64,000 nt of DNA, taken from the NCBI GenBank assembly GCA_021155985.1, contig JAJNBA010000017.1, positions 1,779 through 65,778 on the forward strand, written 5' to 3'. The DNA comes from Actinomycetes bacterium. GTDB lineage: Bacteria; Actinomycetota; UBA4738; HRBIN12. The notes under the pieces were generated by a model that was not told the origin of the DNA, ran no database searches, and was given only the letters and a program-made list of their open reading frames with translations. Each line of letters begins with the position of its first letter. Position 1 is the first letter of the stretch. Below are positions 34,215 through 41,672 of this stretch, piece by piece. The position numbers and the translations under genes were made by a program.

Positions 34215-34961
34215 ATGTCGGTCATCGTGCTCACGTTGGCCTACGACGGCACCGCCTTCCGAGGCTGGGCCGTGCAGCGGGACCCATCGATCCGGACGAT
34301 CGAGGGCGAGCTCATGCGCCACCTCGAACGGGTGCTCCGGGAGCCCGTGAAGCTCTCGGTGGCCGGACGTACCGACGCCGGTGTGCACGCGCGTGGCCAG
34401 GTGGCATCGTTCCGGACGGAGGCCTCGGTCGCGCCCGAGCGGCTCCAGAAGGCGCTGAACTCGGTGCTCGAACCGGAGGTGGTCGTCGTCCGCGCGCGGG
34501 TCGCACCGGACGGGTTCGACGCCCGCTTCTCGGCGACCGCTCGGGGGTACGTGTATCGGATCGACGAGGCACCTCTCGCGGACCCGTTCACGGGCCGATT
34601 CGCTTGGCATCGCCCCGGCCGGCTCGCGCTCGCTCCGATGCGACGGGCGGCCAGGGATCTCGAGGGGCGGCACGATTTCAGGAGCTTCTGCCGGCATCCC
34701 GGAGGCGATCGATCGACGATGAGGCACCTGCGGCGGCTGACCGTCGTGCGGGCGGGGGATGACATCGCCGTCCGCGCCGTGGCCGATGCCTTCCTGCACC
34801 AGATGGTCAGGTCGCTGGTCGGGACGCTGGTGGCGGTGGGAGAGGGCAGACAGGACGCCACCGCGATACCGAGCGTGCTGGCCGCGCGAGATCGGTCCGC
34901 CGCGTCGGGCGGGCTGGCGCCCGCCCGCGGCCTCACGTTGGAGCGGGTCACGTATCGGTGA
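34215..34961 (+). CDS. truA: tRNA pseudouridine(38-40) synthase TruA
   Basis: LTLAYDGTAFRGWAVQ, GRTDAGVHARGQVASF (catalytic Asp). ATG 34215 is preferred over GTG 34179. Confidence 0.9.
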   Translation: MSVIVLTLAYDGTAFRGWAVQRDPSIRTIEGELMRHLERVLREPVKLSVAGRTDAGVHARGQVASFRTEASVAPERLQKALNSVLEPEVVVVRARVAPDGFDARFSATARGYVYRIDEAPLADPFTGRFAWHRPGRLALAPMRRAARDLEGRHDFRSFCRHPGGDRSTMRHLRRLTVVRAGDDIAVRAVADAFLHQMVRSLVGTLVAVGEGRQDATAIPSVLAARDRSAASGGLAPARGLTLERVTYR

Positions 34962-34991
34962 GCGGAACACCGTGACCTGCTGGGAGCAGCT

Positions 34992-35021
34992 TTGACGTCG
35001 ACGCGTTTCCGCAGGTAGCAT
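34992..35021 (+). promoter_or_regulatory. Candidate rplM-rpsI promoter
   Basis: TTGACG (34992-34997), 18-nt spacer, TAGCAT (35016-35021). Confidence 0.55.
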
Positions 35022-35026
35022 GGGCC

Positions 35027-35052
35027 GTCGGCCCCTCGGGCCGACATCTTTT
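35027..35052 (+). promoter_or_regulatory. GC hairpin plus T4 run at the 5' end of the rplM leader
   Basis: gtcggccc (35027-35034) / gggccgac (35038-35045), 3-nt loop, followed by atcttttccgATG. There is no Shine-Dalgarno sequence between the hairpin and the start. Confidence 0.45.
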
Positions 35053-35055
35053 CCG

Positions 35056-35802
35056 ATGAAGACCTACTCTCCCAAGCCTGAGCACATCGAACGCCGCTGG
35101 TACGTCATCGACGCCGGCGAGCAGGTGCTCGGCCGGGTTGCCACGGAGGCCGCGCTGGTTCTCCGCGGTAAGCACAAGCCGATCTTCGCCCCGCATATGG
35201 ACGTCGGCGACAATCTGATCATCATCAATGCCGCGAAGGTGGTGCTTACGGGCGGCAAGGAGACGAAGAAGGTCGCCTGGCGTCACTCCGGGCATCCCGG
35301 TGGCATCACCGGAACCTTGTACGAGGATCTCCTCGTGAAGCGGCCGGCGTTCGTCGTGGAGAAAGCCGTCCGCGGGATGCTCCCGAAGAACCGGCTCGGT
35401 CGCGCCATGATCAAGAAGCTCCACGTGGTTCCCGGGCCGGAGCACAACCATCAGGCACAGAAGCCCCAGGAGTGGACGATGGGGATGCGGCCAGTGTGGG
35501 ACGGCCTTCCCACGCCGCCCGCTTCTGCAGGGACTGAGACACCGGCCCCCGCGAAGCGAACGGTGGCGGCGAAGGAGCCAGCGACCACGACTGCGTCGCC
35601 GAAAGCCGTGGCCACGTCGGCAGGGAAGAGAACCACGGCGAGGAAGACGACGGCGAAGAAGAAGTCGACCACCGCGAAGTCGACCACGGCAAAGACCTCG
35701 GCGAGGAAGACGACCGCGACGAAGAAGCCCACCGCGAGGAAGTCCACCACCGCGAAGAAGCGGACCGCCGCGAAGACGACGGCGAAGAAGAAGGAGACCT
35801 AG
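35056..35802 (+). CDS. rplM: 50S ribosomal protein uL13 with ~105-aa Lys/Thr/Ala-rich basic C-terminal extension
   Basis: [42 protein letters not shown]. The core ends near residue 140; the tail is ...[57 protein letters not shown]. Confidence 0.95.
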   Translation: MKTYSPKPEHIERRWYVIDAGEQVLGRVATEAALVLRGKHKPIFAPHMDVGDNLIIINAAKVVLTGGKETKKVAWRHSGHPGGITGTLYEDLLVKRPAFVVEKAVRGMLPKNRLGRAMIKKLHVVPGPEHNHQAQKPQEWTMGMRPVWDGLPTPPASAGTETPAPAKRTVAAKEPATTTASPKAVATSAGKRTTARKTTAKKKSTTAKSTTAKTSARKTTATKKPTARKSTTAKKRTAAKTTAKKKET

Positions 35803-36197
35803 TGGCGACCACCCCAACCACCCTCACCACCGGACGGCGCAAGGCGGCGATCGCCCGTGTCCGGCTGGTGCCCGGCACGGGCGAGTTCCGCATCAACGAT
35901 CGCTCGCTCGATGAGTACTTCCCCACGCGCGTTCACCGGATGGTGGCGCAGTCACCGCTCCGGTCGGTCGGCCGCGACAAGGACTTCGACGTCGTCGCCA
36001 CGATCACCGGCGGTGGCGTCAACGGACAGGCCGGGGCGCTCCGCCTCGGCATCGCCCGCGCGCTCCTCGAGCTCGAGCCGGACCTCCGGACACAGCTCAA
36101 GGCCGAGGGCTTCCTTCGCCGCGACGCCCGGGAGAAGGAGCGTCGCAAGTACGGACTGAAGAAGGCTCGGAAGGCGCCGCAGTACTCGAAGCGCTAG
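35802..36197 (+). CDS. rpsI: 30S ribosomal protein uS9
   Basis: [22 protein letters not shown] ... [11 protein letters not shown]. Confidence 0.97.
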   Translation: MATTPTTLTTGRRKAAIARVRLVPGTGEFRINDRSLDEYFPTRVHRMVAQSPLRSVGRDKDFDVVATITGGGVNGQAGALRLGIARALLELEPDLRTQLKAEGFLRRDAREKERRKYGLKKARKAPQYSKR

Positions 36198-36466
36198 TCG
36201 GCGGAGCGCTCCACCGCGAGCACGTCGGCCGGGTCCGAGGACAGCTCATCCGGTGCCAGCGCGAGCGACCCGTCCTCCGCGGCTGCGATGAGCTCCCTCG
36301 CCCGATCGGACGATTCCTCGGTCACGAAGAGGATCACGGGTCCCGTCCGGTAGGGGCCGAGCCCCTCTCCCTTGGCGAGCACGTCGAGTCCCTCTGCCTC
36401 GAGGAGGCCGCGTACGAGCGTCCCTCGGATCGGGTCGAGCGTCTCGAGCACGCGGATCAGCTCCAT
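36194..36466 (-). CDS. DUF2007-like small protein (putative signal-transduction fold)
   Basis: [39 protein letters not shown]...[16 protein letters not shown] matches the DUF2007 pattern as I recall it. Start chosen at ATG 36466; the ORF track extends to 36502. Confidence 0.55.
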   Translation of the reverse strand: MELIRVLETLDPIRGTLVRGLLEAEGLDVLAKGEGLGPYRTGPVILFVTEESSDRARELIAAAEDGSLALAPDELSSDPADVLAVERSAD

Positions 36467-36491
36467 CCGCACATCATCACCCGGAGGGGCG

Positions 36492-36511
36492 TGAACGTCC
36501 ACGGACGTTCA
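36492..36511. promoter_or_regulatory. Perfect 9-2-9 palindrome TGAACGTCC-AC-GGACGTTCA (candidate ArsR/SmtB-type operator)
   Basis: Read directly from the sequence. It lies in the divergent region between the DUF2007 gene and the arsC remnant. The TGAAC...GTTCA half-sites resemble ArsR/SmtB-family operators. Confidence 0.45.
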
Positions 36512-36575
36512 TGTACGGCTCCTGCACCGTTCGCCAACGATGCTGGGCGAGCGCGTACCCTGGCTCGGTAAGTGA

Positions 36576-37026
36576 GTCTCTGCCGGCGTCCTGTTCGTGT
36601 GCGTCCACAACGCCGGGAGGAGCCAGATGGCCGCCGCCCTGCTCGAACGGCTTGCCGCCGGCCGTGTCCGGGTCCGGTCGGCCGGCTCCGAGCCCGCCGA
36701 CCGTCTGCACCCCTCGGTCGTCGAGGTCATGGCCGAGGTCGGGATCGATCTCGCCCGAGAGCGGCCGAAGCTCCTGCGCGACGAGGCCGTGCGCGACTCC
36801 GACGTCGTGATCACGATGGGGTGCGGAGACGTATGTCCCGTCTTCCCCGGGATCCGCTACGAGGATTGGGATCTCGAGGACCCTTCGGGGAAAGCCTCTC
36901 GAGGACGTCCGAAGGATCCGCGACGACATCGAGGGGCGGGTTCGGCGTCTGCTGGAGGGGCTGACGGGTCAGGCGGAGAGCGCCGAGCGGAGCGAGGCGA
37001 GCGGCTCCGGGCGCACCCGGAAGTAG
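36576..37026 (+). pseudogene. arsC: Arsenate reductase (LMW-PTPase family ArsC), frameshifted
   Basis: The frame-0 part reads ...VLFVCVHNAGRSQMAAALLERL...VRSAGSEPA...VVITMGCGDVCPVFPGIRYEDWDLEDPSGKA up to about nt 36896. The conserved C-terminus LEDVRRIRDDIEGRVRRLLEGL... continues in frame +1 from nt 36898 to TAG 37024-37026. The first in-frame start (GTG 36597) would remove the VLFV strand. Confidence 0.75.
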
Positions 37027-37310
37027 ACCCACTTCCCCCGGCGCTCCCGCTCGAGGAGCCCGGCCTCGTGCAGGACCTTCAGGTGGTGGCTCACGGTCGG
37101 CTGGGACAGGCCGATCGGCGCCGTCAGTTCGCATCCGCATGCCTCCGAGCCGGGGCACGCGGCGATCAGGCTCAGGAGACGCAGCCTGGCCGGGTCCGCG
37201 AGTGCCTGGAGGGCCGTCGCCAGCGTCTCGGCGGCGTCCTCGCTCAGGGGTGACGACAGCAAAGGCGTGCAGCAGGCATCGAGGTCCTGAACCAGCTTCA
37301 TGCTGGTCAT
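36969..37310 (-). CDS. arsR: ArsR/SmtB-family metalloregulator
   Basis: 113 aa; LQALADPARLRLLSLIAACPGSEACGCELTAPIGLSQPTVSHHLKVLHEAGLL (wHTH with a CxC metal site) plus an N-terminal CC pair. Confidence 0.88.
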   Translation of the reverse strand: MTSMKLVQDLDACCTPLLSSPLSEDAAETLATALQALADPARLRLLSLIAACPGSEACGCELTAPIGLSQPTVSHHLKVLHEAGLLERERRGKWVYFRVRPEPLASLRSALSA

Positions 37311-37494
37311 ATTGACAGATGTCGATGCGTGGAGCAACATATCGACCGCCATCGATGTGATGGCCAGAGTCGATGGGAGGTGACCCGGATGGATCCGGAC
37401 TGCTGCCCGCCCGGCTGCTGCTAGGCACCTGAGGGTGGCGGGACGCGGGGCGCAGGCCCCGCGTTTCGCCACCCGCAGTAGCATCACCTGCCCG

Positions 37495-38826
37495 ATGGCG
37501 CGCCTCTTCGGCACCGACGGCGTCCGAGGGATCGCCGGCTCCGACCTCACCGCCTCGCTCGCGCGAGGGCTCGGCCGGGCGGCCGTCCGCGTGCTGGCCG
37601 ACGGCGTCGAGCACCGGCCCGTGCTCGTGCTGGGGAGGGATCCCCGGGAGTCGGGGACGTGGCTCGAAGAAGCTCTCGTCGCGGGGATCCACGAAGCCGG
37701 GGGAGACGTGCTCCTGGCGGGCGTGGAGCCCACGCCAGCCATCGCGTTCCTGACGATCGACGTGGGCGCCGACGCAGGCGTGGTCATCTCCGCATCACAC
37801 AATCCTCCCGAGTACAACGGCATCAAGTTCTTCGGCTCGAACGGCATGAAGCTCCCGGATGTGGTCGAGGACCGGATCGAGGCCGGGCTGTCGGACAGCT
37901 CGGCGCCGGTCGCCGGGGAGGGGTCGATCCAGGACCTGGCCGGCGGCCGCGAGCGATACCTGGCACACCTCGAGGCCGCGGCCGAAGCGCGGCTCGACGG
38001 GATGACGATCGTCGTCGATTGTGCGAACGGCGCCGCGTCCGGCCTGGCCCCCACCCTCTACGAGCGGCTCGGGGCGACGGTGCACCCGATCCACGACGCT
38101 CCCGACGGACGCAACATCAACGTCGGCTGCGGGGCGCTTCACCCCGAGGTTGCGGGAGCGGCAGTGGTGGAGCTTCGCGCGGACGCCGGCGTCTCCCATG
38201 ACGGAGACGCCGATCGCGCCTTGTTCGTCGATGCGACGGGAACGCCGATCGATGGTGACCAGGTCCTCGCCGCGTGTGCGATCGCGATGAAAGAGGCCGG
38301 TGCCCTTCCCTCCGACGCCGTGGTCACGACCGTGATGGCCAACCTCGGCTTCCATCGAGCGATGCGGGACGCCGGGATCACGGTCTCCGCCACGAAGGTG
38401 GGCGACCGGTACGTCCTCGAGGAGATGCTCGAGGAGGGCGTGATGCTGGGAGGGGAGCAGTCCGGCCATCTGATCTTCCGTGACCACGCGACGACGGGCG
38501 ACGGCCTCCTGACCGCGGTCCGGTTCCTCTCCCTCGCGGCCGGCAGCGGTCGCTCCGTTGCCGATCTCGCCGGTGTGATGGAGCGCTACCCGCAGGTGAT
38601 GGAGAACGTCCAGGTGCGAAGCCTCACCGAGCTCGACGGCTCCGAACGCGTCTGGGTGGCGGTCCGAGCGGCGGAGGAGGAGCTCGCCGACCACGGCCGC
38701 GTGATCGTCCGCGCGTCGGGGACCGAGCCGCTCGTCCGGGTGATGGTCGAGGCCGAGACGGAGGATGTCGCGCGCCGCCATGCCGACGCCATCGCCGGCG
38801 AGGTGAGGAAGCACCTCGGCGCCTGA
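37495..38826 (+). CDS. glmM: Phosphoglucosamine mutase
   Basis: MARLFGTDGVRGIAG, active-site SASHNPPEYNGIKF, and the GDADR metal loop. TAGCAT lies 10 nt upstream of the ATG. Confidence 0.96.
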   Translation: MARLFGTDGVRGIAGSDLTASLARGLGRAAVRVLADGVEHRPVLVLGRDPRESGTWLEEALVAGIHEAGGDVLLAGVEPTPAIAFLTIDVGADAGVVISASHNPPEYNGIKFFGSNGMKLPDVVEDRIEAGLSDSSAPVAGEGSIQDLAGGRERYLAHLEAAAEARLDGMTIVVDCANGAASGLAPTLYERLGATVHPIHDAPDGRNINVGCGALHPEVAGAAVVELRADAGVSHDGDADRALFVDATGTPIDGDQVLAACAIAMKEAGALPSDAVVTTVMANLGFHRAMRDAGITVSATKVGDRYVLEEMLEEGVMLGGEQSGHLIFRDHATTGDGLLTAVRFLSLAAGSGRSVADLAGVMERYPQVMENVQVRSLTELDGSERVWVAVRAAEEELADHGRVIVRASGTEPLVRVMVEAETEDVARRHADAIAGEVRKHLGA

Positions 38827-38884
38827 GCGCCGTAGGCTGATCGTCGTTCTCGCGCACGGACCGCCCTGCTACCCTCGATGCTCC

Positions 38885-40717
38885 ATGTGCGGCATCGTCG
38901 GCTACGTGGGGCCCGACGAGGCCCTCCCGATCGTCCTCGAGGGACTTCGACGTCTGGAGTACCGCGGATACGACTCGGCGGGCGTCGCCGTGCTCGATGG
39001 CGACCTCACCGTCGTGAAGCGGGCCGGGAAGCTATCGGAGCTCGTGACGGCGCTCGACGAGGACGGGCACCCGGGCGGGACCGTCGCGATGGGCCACACG
39101 CGCTGGGCGACGCACGGCGCGCCGACCCACCGCAACGCGCACCCCCACCTCGATTGCTCGGGCACGGTCGCCGTGATCCACAACGGCATCATCGAGAACT
39201 TCCAGCAGCTCCGAGCACGCCTCGAGAAGGAAGGGCACACCCTCGCGTCCGAGACCGACACCGAGCTCGTGGCGCACCTGATCGAGGAACGCCTGCGAGA
39301 CGGGGGATCGTTGGTGGAGGCCGTCCGCGCCACGGTCCGGGAGCTCGAGGGGGCGTACTCGCTCGTCGTCATGTCGTCGGAGGAGCCCGGTCTCCTCATC
39401 GGCGTGAAGGTCGCATCTCCACTCGTCGTCGGCGTCGGTGCCGGCGAGAGCATCCTCGCTTCCGACATCCCGGCCGTGCTCGGCCGGACGACCACGGTGA
39501 TCCCCGTGGACGAGGGACGGATCGTGGAGGTGCGAGCCGGCGGGGCGACATTCTCAGACTTCGACGGCGCCGTCGTGCACCCGGATTCCATCGAGGTCGA
39601 CTGGGACACCGCTCGGGCGGAGAAGGGCGGCTTCGACACGTTCATGCTCAAGGAGATCCACGAGCAACCGAGTGCGATCCGCGACACGCTGGTGGGCCGG
39701 GTCGACGAGCTGCGGCGCCTCGCGCTCGACGACCTCCGGATCTCCGACGACGTCCTCCGGGAGGTGAACAAAGTCTTCGTGGTCGCGTGTGGGACGGCGT
39801 ATCACTCGGGCCTCGTGGCGAAGTACGCGATCGAGCACTGGACGCGCCTGCCCGTGGAGATCGACATCGCCAGCGAGTTCCGCTACCGGGACCCGGTCCT
39901 CGGCCCCGACACGCTCACCCTCGCGGTCTCACAGTCGGGGGAGACGATCGACACGCTCGAGGCCGCCCGGCATGCGCGGCGCCAGTCATCGCCCCTCCTC
40001 GCCGTCACGAACACCGTGGGCTCGTCGCTCGCCCGCGAGGCCGACGGCGTGATCTACATGCATGCGGGCCCGGAGATCGGCGTGGCCGCGACGAAGACGT
40101 TCGCGACCCAGATGGTGTCCCAGTACATCCTCGCGATGTACCTCGCGCAGGTCCGCGGCTCGATGTTCCCGGAGGAGATCGCGGAGGTGCTGACGCGGAT
40201 GGCGGAGCTCCCGGCGCAGGTCGAACGGGCGATCGCGCTGGACGCGCAGGTCCAGGAGCTGGCTCGGCGGTTCCAGGACTCGCGGGACTGGCTGTTCATC
40301 GGGCGGCACACGGGCTATCCCGCGGCCCTCGAAGGGGCCCTGAAGCTGAAGGAGATCAGCTACGTGCACGCGGAGGGCTATCCGGCCGGCGAGCTGAAGC
40401 ACGGCCCCATCGCGCTGGTCGAGGACGGGGTGCCCGTGGTGGCGGTCGCGACCACCTGCCACGTCTACCCGAAGATGCTCTCGAACATCCAGGAGGTGCG
40501 CGCCCGCGGCGCCGAGGTGATCGCCGTCGCGACGGAGGGGGACGAGCAGATCCGCGGTGTGGCCCAGCACGTGCTCGAGGTTCCGGAGACGCCGGAGCTG
40601 CTCTCGCCGGTCGTGGTGACGGTGCCGCTGCAGCTGTTGGCGTACCACGTGGCCCGGTTGCGAGGCTCCGACGTCGACCAGCCTCGGAATCTCGCGAAGA
40701 GCGTCACGGTCGAGTAG
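38885..40717 (+). CDS. glmS: Glutamine--fructose-6-phosphate aminotransferase
   Basis: MCGIVGYVG (Ntn Cys), two SIS domains, C-terminal NLAKSVTVE. Confidence 0.97.
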   Translation: MCGIVGYVGPDEALPIVLEGLRRLEYRGYDSAGVAVLDGDLTVVKRAGKLSELVTALDEDGHPGGTVAMGHTRWATHGAPTHRNAHPHLDCSGTVAVIHNGIIENFQQLRARLEKEGHTLASETDTELVAHLIEERLRDGGSLVEAVRATVRELEGAYSLVVMSSEEPGLLIGVKVASPLVVGVGAGESILASDIPAVLGRTTTVIPVDEGRIVEVRAGGATFSDFDGAVVHPDSIEVDWDTARAEKGGFDTFMLKEIHEQPSAIRDTLVGRVDELRRLALDDLRISDDVLREVNKVFVVACGTAYHSGLVAKYAIEHWTRLPVEIDIASEFRYRDPVLGPDTLTLAVSQSGETIDTLEAARHARRQSSPLLAVTNTVGSSLAREADGVIYMHAGPEIGVAATKTFATQMVSQYILAMYLAQVRGSMFPEEIAEVLTRMAELPAQVERAIALDAQVQELARRFQDSRDWLFIGRHTGYPAALEGALKLKEISYVHAEGYPAGELKHGPIALVEDGVPVVAVATTCHVYPKMLSNIQEVRARGAEVIAVATEGDEQIRGVAQHVLEVPETPELLSPVVVTVPLQLLAYHVARLRGSDVDQPRNLAKSVTVE

Positions 40718-40726
40718 CCTCCGGGC

Positions 40727-41290
40727 ATGGCCCGGGTGATGGCTCGTCCCCGCGCTCTCCGGCTCATCCTCCTCGCGGTGCTCGTCGCAGGTCTCGTCGT
40801 CCCCGGCGTACCGGCACGAGCGTGTTCCTGTGCCGAGATGGATCTCGGTTCCGTGCTTCCCGATGCCGACGGGGCGTTCGTGGGCACGTTCGTCGAACGG
40901 AGCGAGATCAGCGACCAACGTGCCTCGATCACGTTCGACGTGGAGCGTGTCGTGAAAGGCGAGTTCGGCCCGAGGGCGATCGTGCGGACGAACGCGTACG
41001 GCGCCTCCTGCGGCCTCGAGTTCCTCGACAGGCCGCGGGTCGGTCTGCTCCTCGACCGAGCAGCAGACGGCGTGTGGGAGTCGGGCCTGTGTCAGCAGGT
41101 ACCACCCGGCGATCTCCTCGATTTCGGCGGAGATCGACCGCCCGACCCCGGCGTCGCTCCCGTGAGTGCCGGATGGAGCGTCGGGTCCCGGGGGTTGGTC
41201 GGAGCGATCGTGGCAGCCGCGCTCGGGCTCGTCGTGCTGGTGTGGTTCATCCGTCGACGTTCCTCGCGGCCGGGCAGCGGTCTGACGTAG
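40727..41290 (+). CDS. Secreted, C-terminally membrane-anchored protein with a TIMP-like CSC N-terminus
   Basis: Signal peptide ...VPGVPARA|CSCAEMDLGSVLPDADGAFVGTFVERSE...; C-terminal TM LVGAIVAAALGLVVLVWFIRRR. Confidence 0.55.
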   Translation: MARVMARPRALRLILLAVLVAGLVVPGVPARACSCAEMDLGSVLPDADGAFVGTFVERSEISDQRASITFDVERVVKGEFGPRAIVRTNAYGASCGLEFLDRPRVGLLLDRAADGVWESGLCQQVPPGDLLDFGGDRPPDPGVAPVSAGWSVGSRGLVGAIVAAALGLVVLVWFIRRRSSRPGSGLT

Positions 41291-41300
41291 CCTTCCTGGT

Positions 41301-41672
41301 GTGGACATCGCCGGGCTGGGGGTCGATCTGTGCGAGATCGCGCGGATGGAGCGGGCGATCTCGCGACACCCGACGTTCCGTGACCGCGTCTTCACCCCCG
41401 AGGAGATCGCGTACTGTGACTCGAAGGCTCGCCCCGCGGAGTCCTACGCGGGGCGGTTCGCCGCCCGCGAAGCCACGATCAAGGCGCTCGGCGGGTACCG
41501 GGGGCGCCGCTGGCAGGACATCAGCGTGACCCGACACCCGTCCGGAGCGCCCGCGATCCGGCTCGACGGCAAGGCCAAGCGGAGAGCGGATGCCCTCGGA
41601 GTCACACAGGTGCTGATCACGTTCACGCACGAGCGGACGAACGCGGTGGCGTTCGCGATCGCGGTCCGATGA
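41301..41672 (+). CDS. acpS: Holo-[acyl-carrier-protein] synthase
   Basis: GLGVDLCEIARMERAI..., FAAREATIKALG, ITFTHERTNAVAFAIA. Confidence 0.9.
   Translation: MDIAGLGVDLCEIARMERAISRHPTFRDRVFTPEEIAYCDSKARPAESYAGRFAAREATIKALGGYRGRRWQDISVTRHPSGAPAIRLDGKAKRRADALGVTQVLITFTHERTNAVAFAIAVR

Noticed and set aside
38827-38884. Possible glmS ribozyme upstream of glmS.
   Set aside because: Only 58 nt separate glmM and glmS. This is far too short for the ~170-nt ribozyme, and no conserved core is visible. As far as I know the ribozyme is also generally not found in Actinomycetota.
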